A stretch of 64,000 nucleotides of DNA, taken from Alphaproteobacteria bacterium. Its GTDB lineage: Bacteria; Pseudomonadota; Alphaproteobacteria; Micavibrionales; Micavibrionaceae. Below, piece after piece: positions 47,693 to 56,168 of this stretch. Numbering within the stretch: position 1 is the first letter of the stretch; the number at the start of each line of letters is the position of its first letter. The stretch lies in the NCBI GenBank assembly GCA_030424975.1, contig JAUHVY010000001.1:57093-121092 (forward strand), in the 5' to 3' direction. The translations under genes were made by a program, and so were the position numbers. The notes under the pieces were generated by a model, which had not been told where the DNA came from, made no database searches, and worked only from the letters and a program-made list of their open reading frames with translations.

Positions 47693-48424
47693 ATGTTTTT
47701 TTTCAAGAAGCCCAAGTCTCTGAATTATGAGGAGCGCCCTAAAGGTGTGGAGCCCAATATTTTGTTAATGCATTATACGGGAATGGAGAGTATGGAGGCG
47801 GCACGAGAGCGGCTCTCTGATCCTGAGAGTAAGGTCAGTGCGCATTATTTGGTTGATGAAGACGGCAGGGTATTTGATCTGGTGCATCATAAAAAACGGG
47901 CGTGGCATGCGGGGGTTTCGTTTTGGCGTGGTGAGACTGATATCAATTCATATTCAATCGGCATTGAAATTGTTAATCCGGGACATGAATTCGGCTATCG
48001 CCCTTTTCCGAAAGAGCAAATGCAGGCGGTGCTCAAGCTCTCGCGTGAGATGATGGATATTTATGACATCGATCATGTTTTGGCGCATTCCGACGTTGCG
48101 CCGGAGCGAAAGCAGGACCCGGGGGAATTGTTTGATTGGCAATGGTTGGCGCAAAACGGTGTCGGTTATTGGCCGGAGCCTGATGAGCAGGATTTGGAGC
48201 GCGCGGTAGTATTATCCCGCAATGATTTTGAGGTTGAGAAGTTATTCCTGAGTTTTGGGTATAACCCGGCGTCAGCATTCGTTGATATTGTGACCGCCTT
48301 TCATCGCCATTATTATCCTGAAATTTTCCGTGATGATACACATGGCGCGCAAGGTATGGTTTGCGAGCAAACGGTTGCGCGGATATTGTCATTGAAAAAA
48401 CAAATGACTGCAAAACCGATTTAA
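47693..48424 (+). CDS. N-acetylmuramoyl-L-alanine amidase (Amidase_2, AmpD-like)
   Basis: LMHYTGM, SAHYLVDEDG, RAWHAGVSFW, SIGIEIVN and LAHSDVAPERKQDPG motifs. Confidence 0.85.
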   Translation: MFFFKKPKSLNYEERPKGVEPNILLMHYTGMESMEAARERLSDPESKVSAHYLVDEDGRVFDLVHHKKRAWHAGVSFWRGETDINSYSIGIEIVNPGHEFGYRPFPKEQMQAVLKLSREMMDIYDIDHVLAHSDVAPERKQDPGELFDWQWLAQNGVGYWPEPDEQDLERAVVLSRNDFEVEKLFLSFGYNPASAFVDIVTAFHRHYYPEIFRDDTHGAQGMVCEQTVARILSLKKQMTAKPI

Positions 48425-48466
48425 ATAAAAGATTGCTTTTTAATCCCAATATCATCATTCTGCCGA

Positions 48467-48862
48467 AAGCTGAGAAAACCGGATGGCCGCTGCTACTCTT
48501 TTTAGGGCAGGAGAGGAAAGTCCGGGCTTCACGGAAAAACGACGCCGGATAACGTCCGGGAGGGGTCGCTTGCGGCCTTTACGGAAAGTGCTGAAGAAAA
48601 TTAAACTACCTGTATTTTGGTATAGGAAAAGGTGAGAAGGTGCGGTAAGAGCGCACCGCAAGAATGGTAACATTCTTGGCATGGAAAACCCCGTCGGAAG
48701 CAAAACCAAATAGGAACCGTATTTATACATTTGTATAAGCATGATTTTCCGCATGACGGTTCGGGTAGGTTGCTTGAGATATGTGGTAACGCATATCCTA
48801 GATGAATGGTCATCGCCGTACTTTGTGCGGTACAGAACCCGGCTTATAGGTTTTCTCAGCTT
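48467..48862 (+). ncRNA. rnpB: RNase P RNA, bacterial type A
   Basis: P1 pairing AAGCTGAGAAAACC ... GGTTTTCTCAGCTT. Universal blocks GAGGAAAGTCCGGGCT, GGTGCGGTAAGAGCGCACCGC, CCAAATAGG, GGGTAGGTTGCTTGAG, CTAGATGAATG and ACAGAACCCGGCTTAT. The ORF-track ORFs on the opposite strand here are spurious. Confidence 0.95.
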
Positions 48863-48918
48863 TTTTATATCCTCAATGAACAGTCATTAACATTATGTAA
48901 ATTAAATTATGTATTTTT

Positions 48919-48935
48919 GTGCATAATTTATGCAC
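48919..48935. repeat. perfect 17-bp palindrome GTGCATAATTTATGCAC, copy 1
   Basis: An 8-1-8 perfect inverted repeat. Identical to 49350-49366, with identity extending to 19 nt (...CACTT). Confidence 0.9.
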
Positions 48936-48974
48936 TTTTTGTTTTTTTTGGTAGGCGAGGGGAAAATTGGTTTT

Positions 48975-49008
48975 AAAATGAAAAACCACCGCTAAAAAGC
49001 GATGGTTT
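48975..49008 (-). terminator. intrinsic terminator for a minus-strand transcript in the rnpB-mraZ spacer
   Basis: The minus-strand RNA is AAACCAUCGC-UUUUUA-GCGGUGGUUU followed by UUCAUUUU. Confidence 0.6.
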
Positions 49009-49098
49009 CTCTCATTATGTTGTAGCCTGTTCAGCTCGCTTATTTCTTATAAAGAAATCATATAAGCCTATATCAGTGCGGCTTACAAGACTTTTTTA

Positions 49099-49191
49099 TT
49101 ACGAATTGTTTGTATGGTAGGAATACAAAATAGTTCCTAAATACAAACCGCCATTCACTGACAAAACAAGCATCAATATAGTTGCTAACAT
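49099..49191 (-). CDS. candidate small hydrophobic peptide gene (30 aa)
   Basis: Not in the ORF track (under 60 aa). The sequence GGGGAGAAAATTATG gives an SD at 6 nt. Translation is MLATILMLVLSVNGGLYLGTILYSYHTNNS followed by two stop codons. The terminator at 49008-48975 lies downstream. Confidence 0.3.
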   Translation of the reverse strand: MLATILMLVLSVNGGLYLGTILYSYHTNNS

Positions 49192-49349
49192 AATTTTCTC
49201 CCCACACACGTTAACAAGAATTTGTTTGCTGTTATCCACATATTAATCAATTAAATTTCGTTTTTGCAAGGTTTTTTTTGTTGTTTTATAGGGGGTTACT
49301 CTGAAACCCGCAGAATATAAGGCTTTTTTAATATAATTTTTTTTACAGA

Positions 49350-49366
49350 GTGCATAATTTATGCAC
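49350..49366. repeat. perfect 17-bp palindrome GTGCATAATTTATGCAC, copy 2
   Basis: Identical to 48919-48935. Lies about 220 nt upstream of the mraZ start. Confidence 0.9.
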
Positions 49367-49588
49367 TTAAAAGTTGTATTTTTCATAATGTTTTACGAAT
49401 TCATTGTGCGGTAATTGTAAAAACCTGTTGTTTGTTAGGGGATTGCGCGCTGTTCTTGTTGACGATCCATTTGATCCCATGATATCCCATATATATCCAT
49501 GTTTTTACGTGCGGCGTCATGCGCAGGCGTAAAAAAGTTTTTCTTTTGTGTTTCTTGGTTTTTGTCGGTTTGTAGGGGCTTGTTGTTC

Positions 49589-50053
49589 GTGGCACTGTTT
49601 TTGTCAACATATACGAATAAAATAGATAAGAAGGGGCGTGTGTCCGTGCCTGCTTCTTTTCGATCTGCGCTGGCCGATCAGGCGCATCAGGGGATTGTTG
49701 TCTTTGCATCAAATGCGCATGCATGCCTTGAGGGTTTCGATTGGGCTAAGATGGAGGAGATTAGTGCGCGTATGGATCATTATGACTTGTTCTCGGATGA
49801 GCAGGATGATCTGGCGACGACCATTTTCGGTGAGAGCGTTCAGCTTATGTTTGATGGTGATGGCCGTATTACCTTGCCGGGTGATTTGATTGAGGCTTCG
49901 GGGCTGGATGGTCATGCAACCTTTGTCGGCTTGGGGCGTAAGTTTCAAATTTGGAGCCCTGAACGTTTTGCGGCACGCAAGGCGGATGCACGTAAGAGCG
50001 TGCAGGCGCAAAAACTTACTGTGCCTGCGCAAAAAGGCGGGGGTGGGTCATGA
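49589..50053 (+). CDS. mraZ: transcriptional regulator MraZ
   Basis: Two MraZ/AbrB-type repeats (IDKKGRVSVPASFR and FDGDGRITLPGDL). The start is set to in-frame GTG 49589 (MALFLSTYTNKIDKKGR), because the 30-codon N-terminal extension in the ORF track looks non-coding. Confidence 0.85.
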   Translation: MALFLSTYTNKIDKKGRVSVPASFRSALADQAHQGIVVFASNAHACLEGFDWAKMEEISARMDHYDLFSDEQDDLATTIFGESVQLMFDGDGRITLPGDLIEASGLDGHATFVGLGRKFQIWSPERFAARKADARKSVQAQKLTVPAQKGGGGS

Positions 50054-51024
50054 GTGCGATAGCCGCCAGTGAAAAACATTATCCCGTTATGTTGCCCGAG
50101 GTTTTGGAGGCACTGCAACCGAAGGGCGGCGGTGTGTATGTTGATGGTACATTCGGTGCGGGTGGGTATACACGCGCAATCTTGGATGCGGCGGATTGTC
50201 ATGTTTTTGCAATTGATCGGGATGTGTCGGCGCAAGTGCGCGCAAGTGAGTTTAAGGATCAGTATGGTGAGCGATTTACATTCCTGCGCGGATGTTTTGG
50301 TGATGTGCAAGGATTGCTGAATAACGTGGATGTCGATCAGGTTGATGGTTTTGTTTTGGATATAGGTGTGTCTTCGATGCAGATCGATGAGGCCGATCGT
50401 GGGTTTTCATTTCGTTTTGACGGGCCGTTAGATATGCGCATGGATGCAAAGGCGGATTTAGATGCGGCCGTGATCGTGAATGAATATACCGAAGAGGATC
50501 TTGCCAATATTATTTATGAATTTGGTGAGGAGCGAAAATCGCGTCGCATCGCCAAGATGATTGTTGAGGCGCGCAAAACGAAGTCGTTTAAGACGACGTT
50601 TGAATTGGCGGATGTTGTGCGCGCCGCCGTGCCTCGCAAACATAGCGATAAAATTGACCCCGCAACGCGAACCTTTCAGGCGTTGCGCATTGCTGTGAAT
50701 GATGAGCTGGGTGAGCTTGATCGCGCGCTTGATGCGTCAGGGAATATTCTGCGAGATGGCGGGCGTCTGGTTGTCGTTTCGTTTCATTCACTGGAAGACC
50801 GCCGCGTAAAACGCTTTATGCGTGAGGCATCGGGGGCGGATAAGTCTGTTTCCAGGCACGCGCCGCAGGTGACGCAAAATGATGACGCGCCATTTAAGCT
50901 TGTATCGCGTAAGGCCGTAAAACCCTCGGATAAAGAGGTCGCGGAAAATGTGCGTTCGCGTTCGGCGCGTTTGCGTGTGGCAGAGCGTACATCCTATGAG
51001 CAGGTAAGCGGGGGTGCGTTATGA
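50050..51024 (+). CDS. rsmH: 16S rRNA (cytosine1402-N4)-methyltransferase
   Basis: HYPVMLPEVLEAL, DGTFGAGGYTRAIL, LDIGVSSMQID and SFHSLEDRRVK motifs. Confidence 0.93.
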   Translation: MSAIAASEKHYPVMLPEVLEALQPKGGGVYVDGTFGAGGYTRAILDAADCHVFAIDRDVSAQVRASEFKDQYGERFTFLRGCFGDVQGLLNNVDVDQVDGFVLDIGVSSMQIDEADRGFSFRFDGPLDMRMDAKADLDAAVIVNEYTEEDLANIIYEFGEERKSRRIAKMIVEARKTKSFKTTFELADVVRAAVPRKHSDKIDPATRTFQALRIAVNDELGELDRALDASGNILRDGGRLVVVSFHSLEDRRVKRFMREASGADKSVSRHAPQVTQNDDAPFKLVSRKAVKPSDKEVAENVRSRSARLRVAERTSYEQVSGGAL

Positions 51025-51371
51025 GATATGTCTTTTTGAAGCATCTGTTTGTTTTGATGTTGGTGATCGCCAGTGGCGCCAGTTTGATGGGGGTTAGTCA
51101 AAACGTGCAGCGCGTGGAGCGTGAGGTTTCTCGTCTTGATCGTGCAATGGAAAGTGAGAAGGAGCGCGTGCGTATTTTGCGCGCTGAGTGGGCGTATTTG
51201 AATGACCCGTCGCGGTTGGAGGCTCTGGCAACGGGTGGCCTGATGATGCAGGCCCCTGAAGGGGAAGATATGGTTTCAAAGCCCGATGCATTGCCGGAGC
51301 GTGAAGATGGGTATGATGGGCGTGATGGTTTGCTTCGTGATGCTTCGCTGGTGATTGGTGGTGCGCAATGA
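51021..51371 (+). CDS. ftsL: cell division protein FtsL (alphaproteobacterial type)
   Basis: 116 aa with a single TM (LFVLMLVIASGASLMGV) then a coiled coil with LRAEWAYLNDPSRLEALA. Position is between rsmH and ftsI, with overlapping stop/start codons. Confidence 0.75.
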   Translation: MRYVFLKHLFVLMLVIASGASLMGVSQNVQRVEREVSRLDRAMESEKERVRILRAEWAYLNDPSRLEALATGGLMMQAPEGEDMVSKPDALPEREDGYDGRDGLLRDASLVIGGAQ

Positions 51372-53110
51372 TGTGGAGGCATGCAAGGCACAGGGCAATC
51401 TTCATTGATGGTGAAAAACGCGCGGCGGTGTGTGTGGCGCAAAGCAGGCTGTCTTTCATTGCAGCCTGCTTTATTCTTGTTTACTTGGTGATCGGTGCGC
51501 GTCTTGTTGATCTGAGTGTAGTTCAGGGCAATATGTTACGTTTTGATTTAGCTGTGGAGCAAGATCAGGGCGCATTAAACGTTCCGAAAATCGCGCAGCG
51601 TCGCGGTGATGTCTATGATCGCAATGGTTTTCTGGTCGCAACGACATTAAAGACGCCGTCATTATACGTTGATCCTTATTTGGTTTTGGATGAGGAGGCA
51701 TTGCTCACTGATTTGGCAGGGGTTATTCCTGATCTTGATTTGGAAAAGGCGGTACGCGCCGTAACTGCGAAAAACCGTTTCGGGTGGGTGCATCACAGTA
51801 TTACGCCCGAGCAACAGCAGCGCATCCTCGAGATTGGTGACCCGTCATTGGGTTTTGAGTATGAGTATAAACGCTTTTATCCGCAAAGTGCGTTATTCAC
51901 GCATATGCTTGGTTATACGGATCGTGACGGTTTGGGCCTTGCGGGGGTGGAGCGCAGTTATGATGATGTATTGAGTGCAGGTAATGATGTTCATCTGACG
52001 ATGGATTTACGCTTGCAACATATTGTTCGCCGTGAAGTATCACGCGCAATGTCTGAATTCACCGCAAAGGCAGGTGCGGGTGTTGTGATGGATGCAAAAA
52101 CCGGGGAGGTCTTGGCGGCGGTTTCTTTGCCTGATTTCGATTTGAATGATGCAGGTGATGCAACGGATATGCAAAAGTTCAATCGTTTGAGCCTTGGTGT
52201 TTATGAGCTTGGATCTATGTTCAAAATTTTCTCTACTGCTGCGTTGTTGGAGCAGGAGCGCGTGCCGATGAGCTATACGTTTGATGCACGTAAGCCGATA
52301 AAGGTCGGATGGTATACGATTAATGACTACCATGCGCAGAAACGCATTCTAACAGTGCCCGAAATCTTTATGCATTCATCAAATATTGGTTCAGCATTGA
52401 TGGGGCAAATGGTGGGCGGTGATAACTTGCGCGCGTTTTATAAGGATCTTGGTCTGATTGATCGTATGGATTTTGATATTAAAGAGGTCGGGCATATCTT
52501 GGTTCCAAAGGCACCATGGAGTGATTCAACGACGATGACAGCATCATACGGGCATGGTTTATCGACGACGCCCGTGCAGATGTGCGCAGGCGTGGCAACG
52601 ATTGTAAATGGTGGTTTTTCTGTGCGTCCGACACTTGTGAAGCGTGACCAGCCTGCACGTTTTAAGAATGATGTGCGTGTTGTATCTGAGGAAACCTCAG
52701 CCAGTATGAGAAAGCTTTTGCGTCTTGTTGTTACCGAAGGGACAGGGCGCAAAGCGGATGCGCAGGGCTATGCATTGGGCGGTAAGACGGGTACTGCAGA
52801 GAAGAGCGTTAATGGCAAGTACCGTAGAGATAAGCTGATTTCTTCTTTTGTTGGGGCGTTTCCGATTGATGACCCGAAATATGTTGTGATGGTTATGGTT
52901 GATGAGCCAAACGGAAACAAGCAAAGCTATGGTTATGCAACGGCGGGGTGGGTTGCTGCGCCTGCCGTGAGCCGTATTGTTTCGGGAATAGCATCTGTTA
53001 TGGGGATGCCTGCGGACCAATATGATCCTGCACTGGATATCAGCGCCGAGTTATTGCCTTTCGTGCATGATAAGAAAAAGAAGGGGGTAAAGAAACTTGC
53101 CTCCTATTAG
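51368..53110 (+). CDS. ftsI: peptidoglycan D,D-transpeptidase FtsI (PBP3)
   Basis: TM anchor, PBP dimerisation domain, and transpeptidase motifs SMFK (SxxK), SSN and KTGT. Confidence 0.9.
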   Translation: MMWRHARHRAIFIDGEKRAAVCVAQSRLSFIAACFILVYLVIGARLVDLSVVQGNMLRFDLAVEQDQGALNVPKIAQRRGDVYDRNGFLVATTLKTPSLYVDPYLVLDEEALLTDLAGVIPDLDLEKAVRAVTAKNRFGWVHHSITPEQQQRILEIGDPSLGFEYEYKRFYPQSALFTHMLGYTDRDGLGLAGVERSYDDVLSAGNDVHLTMDLRLQHIVRREVSRAMSEFTAKAGAGVVMDAKTGEVLAAVSLPDFDLNDAGDATDMQKFNRLSLGVYELGSMFKIFSTAALLEQERVPMSYTFDARKPIKVGWYTINDYHAQKRILTVPEIFMHSSNIGSALMGQMVGGDNLRAFYKDLGLIDRMDFDIKEVGHILVPKAPWSDSTTMTASYGHGLSTTPVQMCAGVATIVNGGFSVRPTLVKRDQPARFKNDVRVVSEETSASMRKLLRLVVTEGTGRKADAQGYALGGKTGTAEKSVNGKYRRDKLISSFVGAFPIDDPKYVVMVMVDEPNGNKQSYGYATAGWVAAPAVSRIVSGIASVMGMPADQYDPALDISAELLPFVHDKKKKGVKKLASY

Positions 53111-54521
53111 TCAGGAAATCGGTATCGATATGACGGCGGTGACAGGCATGACGCAAGATAGTCGCGCCGTAAAGCAAGGATATTTATTTGCCGCGCTTAA
53201 GGGCGGGCAAGCGGACGGGCGCGAATTTATTAGTGATGCGCTTGAGAAGGGCGCATCGTATGTGTTGACTGATCGTGAGGCGAAGTCTGATAGTGATAAG
53301 GTGAAATGCCGTGATAACCCGCGCCGCGATTTTGCCCATTTGACAGCAGAATATTACGGGCAGCAGCCGCAAACAATTGTTGCGGTAACGGGAACAAACG
53401 GCAAAAGCTCTGTCGTACATTTTGTAAATGGTTTGTGGCAGGCGCTTGATAAAAAATCTGCTTTCATCGGTACCTTGTCGGGCGCTATGACAACGCCGGA
53501 TCCTGTTCGTCTGCACACAGTATTGAAGGAAATGGCAGGCAAAGGCGTGACCCATGCGGCCATGGAGGCCTCAAGCCACGGTTTGGTGCAATACCGTATG
53601 GATGGCGTGCGCTTGTCGGTGGCTGCATTTACAAGCTTTTCTCAAGATCATCTCGATTTCCATGACAGTATGGAGGAGTATCTGGGCGCAAAGGCGCGTT
53701 TATTCGGTGAGGTCTTGCCGCTGCGCGGTGTTGCGGTGCTAAATGCCGATATTCCTGCATATGATGTTTTGTCGGCGGTTTGTAAACGCCGCGGCCTGAA
53801 AACTATTACATATGGCAAAAAGGGGAGGGATCTGCGCCTGAATTTCCGTGAAATTGATGGTGTAATGCAAGATATCTCCGTTGATATTTTTGGTGAAACA
53901 TATGCAATGCGTGTACCGTTTGTCGGCGCGTTTCAGGTGATGAATGTTTTATGTGCACTGGCTTGTGTTCTGGCGCATGCTGCGGATGATGAGGATATAA
54001 TCGCTGCTGCAGTCGACGCAGTGCAGGGCTTAAGCGCGGTTCCCGGTCGTTTGCAACATGTTGGGTCATCTGATGAACGGTTTCATGCTTACGTTGATTA
54101 TGCCCACACGCCAGACGCGTTGGAAAATGTTTTGACGGCACTGCGCCACCATACAGCGGGGCGTTTGATTTGCGTTTTTGGGTGTGGCGGTGATCGCGAT
54201 AACGCCAAGCGCCCGATGATGGGTGAGGTGGCTGCACGCTTGGCGGATTGTGTAATTGTTACGGATGATAACCCACGGAGTGAGGATCCTGAAAATATTC
54301 GCAAACAGATTTTGTCGGGCATAAAGAATCCACAGGCTGATATTCATGAGGTAGGTGGCCGTAAAGCCGCGATAGAAGCGGCAATCAAAGAAATGGAAGA
54401 GGATGATATTGTCCTGATTGCCGGAAAAGGGCATGAACAAGGGCAAATTTTCAAGGGGAAAACCGAGCCTTTTGACGATGTTTCAGAAGTCAGGAAGGCT
54501 TTGACTGCGTATAAACTTTAG
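53097..54521 (+). CDS. murE: UDP-N-acetylmuramoyl-L-alanyl-D-glutamate--2,6-diaminopimelate ligase
   Basis: DSRAVKQGYLFAALKG, the P-loop VTGTNGKSS, and the DAP-specificity motif DDNPRSEDP. TTG start at 53097; ATG 53130 is an alternative. Confidence 0.92.
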   Translation: MPPISQEIGIDMTAVTGMTQDSRAVKQGYLFAALKGGQADGREFISDALEKGASYVLTDREAKSDSDKVKCRDNPRRDFAHLTAEYYGQQPQTIVAVTGTNGKSSVVHFVNGLWQALDKKSAFIGTLSGAMTTPDPVRLHTVLKEMAGKGVTHAAMEASSHGLVQYRMDGVRLSVAAFTSFSQDHLDFHDSMEEYLGAKARLFGEVLPLRGVAVLNADIPAYDVLSAVCKRRGLKTITYGKKGRDLRLNFREIDGVMQDISVDIFGETYAMRVPFVGAFQVMNVLCALACVLAHAADDEDIIAAAVDAVQGLSAVPGRLQHVGSSDERFHAYVDYAHTPDALENVLTALRHHTAGRLICVFGCGGDRDNAKRPMMGEVAARLADCVIVTDDNPRSEDPENIRKQILSGIKNPQADIHEVGGRKAAIEAAIKEMEEDDIVLIAGKGHEQGQIFKGKTEPFDDVSEVRKALTAYKL

Positions 54522-54550
54522 TAACTTTCTTGTGTAGAGGATTTGAGTAT

Positions 54551-55003
54551 ATGATTGAAAATAACCGTTATTACTGGTCGCATTTAAAAACGCGCAATGT
54601 CACTGTGCGTGTGCGACCCAAAAAGCAAGCCAAAGGCGTTGTGTTTCGTGTGGGGAACATGATTGACCTGGGCAATGGCCGTCAGACGGTTACTTTAGAT
54701 CATGTTGATTGCACATCTATTCCCGGCCGTTTTCAGGATAAAGAGGTTGCCGTGCCGTTTCGTATGGGAAATATCGACTTTGTTTATACATCATCCAGAA
54801 AACCTGCGGTTCATAATGTAAAAAACTTGCTCTCTACTCTTTACAAAGACGCCAGTGTTGAGAGAATAGTAACCGATGTTTTGTGTCCGGGTGACCTGTT
54901 GGTGTTCAAACAGGAAAACGGTACATTGAAAACGGAAATGGTCGAAACGCTCCGCGTAGTGAATGACCGTATGGTGCAACAGGCTAAGGCGTATAAATTT
55001 TAG
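54551..55003 (+). CDS. hypothetical protein (150 aa) occupying the murF position
   Basis: ATG 54551 is preceded by AGAGGA. Same strand as its neighbours, 30 nt after murE and 27 nt before mraY. No Mur-ligase P-loop or other recognisable motif. Confidence 0.55.
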   Translation: MIENNRYYWSHLKTRNVTVRVRPKKQAKGVVFRVGNMIDLGNGRQTVTLDHVDCTSIPGRFQDKEVAVPFRMGNIDFVYTSSRKPAVHNVKNLLSTLYKDASVERIVTDVLCPGDLLVFKQENGTLKTEMVETLRVVNDRMVQQAKAYKF

Positions 55004-55030
55004 CCGCTTAGAAAAAACAGGCATAATCAA

Positions 55031-56107
55031 ATGCTCTATAATCTTTTTGCCGATGAGGCGATATTTTTTGAATTGTTCCGTTCTGTGACATTTCGTACGG
55101 GCGGCGCAGTCGGTACGTCTCTTGTGGTGTGTTTTTTAATTGCTCCCGCAATGATCAGATGGCTAAAAGCCAAACAGCGAGAGGGGCAACCTATTCGTGA
55201 TGACGGGCCGGAAACACACTTCAAAAAGGCCGGTACGCCGACAATGGGCGGCCTGATGATTTTGATTTCGGTCTGTATCAGCACACTTCTTTGGTCGGAT
55301 CTTACCAATATGTATGTTTGGTATGCGTTGCTTGTGATGGTTGGTTATGGTGCAATTGGATTTGCAGATGATTTTTTAAAACTGACCAAGCGCAATACTA
55401 AAGGGCTGCCCGGGAAAATGAAGCTGTTGGCGCAGTTTGCAATCGGCCTGATTGCAACGGTCGGGGTCATGTATACATTGCCGGATGGCCTGAAAACGCA
55501 TGTCGCGCCACCATTTTTTAAAGATGTTCTGATCAATATTTCGTGGTTTTTCGTACCGTGGTGTTTGGTTGTGATTATCGGCGCATCAAATGCGGTGAAC
55601 TTAACGGATGGTCTGGACGGATTGGCGATTGTGCCCGTGGCAATTGCCGCGGCGTGCTTCGGTTTGATCGCCTATTTAGTGGGGCACGCATCGTTTTCGG
55701 AATACTTATATTTGAACCATGTGCCTGGCACAGAAGAGCTTGCTATTATTTGCGGTGCGCTAATTGGCGGAGCGATGGGCTTCCTTTGGTATAATGCGCC
55801 GCCTGCTGCCATTTTTATGGGCGATACAGGATCTCTCGCGATGGGAGGATTGCTCGGTATTATTTCGGTCATGACCAAGCATGAAATTGTTCTTGCGATT
55901 ATCGGGGGGCTGTTTGTTTTGGAAACCGTTTCGGTTATCGTACAGGTCGCGTCATTTAAGCTGACGGGGAAGCGTGTTTTTGCGATGGCACCGCTGCATC
56001 ACCATTTTGAAAAGAAAGGGTGGTCAGAGCCGACGATCGTGATCCGTTTCTGGATTATTGCCGTAATTTTAGCTTTGGTTGGACTCGCAACTCTGAAACT
56101 GCGATAA
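55031..56107 (+). CDS. mraY: phospho-N-acetylmuramoyl-pentapeptide transferase
   Basis: [31 protein letters not shown] and PLHHHFE motifs. Ten TM segments. Confidence 0.95.
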   Translation: MLYNLFADEAIFFELFRSVTFRTGGAVGTSLVVCFLIAPAMIRWLKAKQREGQPIRDDGPETHFKKAGTPTMGGLMILISVCISTLLWSDLTNMYVWYALLVMVGYGAIGFADDFLKLTKRNTKGLPGKMKLLAQFAIGLIATVGVMYTLPDGLKTHVAPPFFKDVLINISWFFVPWCLVVIIGASNAVNLTDGLDGLAIVPVAIAAACFGLIAYLVGHASFSEYLYLNHVPGTEELAIICGALIGGAMGFLWYNAPPAAIFMGDTGSLAMGGLLGIISVMTKHEIVLAIIGGLFVLETVSVIVQVASFKLTGKRVFAMAPLHHHFEKKGWSEPTIVIRFWIIAVILALVGLATLKLR

Positions 56108-56168
56108 TAATGCCGCTATTCAATTGGTGAATCAGTATTGCCGCAATAACAAGCATGGTGACAGCCGC

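Noticed and set aside
48455-48813. ORF-track ORFs 48455-48754 and 48601-48813 (minus), and 48361-48552 (plus)
   Set aside because: They overlap the unambiguous RNase P RNA gene, and 48361-48552 also the 3' end of the amidase gene. They are artefacts of an RNA gene being free of stop codons by chance.
49232-49240. A perfect DnaA box (TTATCCACA) in a long AT-rich intergenic region, raising the possibility of oriC
   Set aside because: I found only one consensus box in the 726-bp spacer. There is no cluster of boxes and no obvious AT-rich 13-mer array. Flanking genes (rnpB, mraZ) are not typical origin neighbours. More likely a single regulatory DnaA site, or chance.
48919-49366. Repeated 17-bp palindromes considered as a CRISPR array
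   Set aside because: There are only two copies, separated by 414 bp that contain an ORF and a terminator, and no cas genes. This is not CRISPR architecture.
49401-49724. A 107-aa minus-strand ORF, plus the N-terminal 30 codons of the 49499-50053 ORF
   Set aside because: The conserved MraZ N-terminus (LFLSTYTNKIDKKGR) begins at the GTG at 49589. The upstream extension and the antisense ORF have implausible composition (Cys/Phe/Lys runs).
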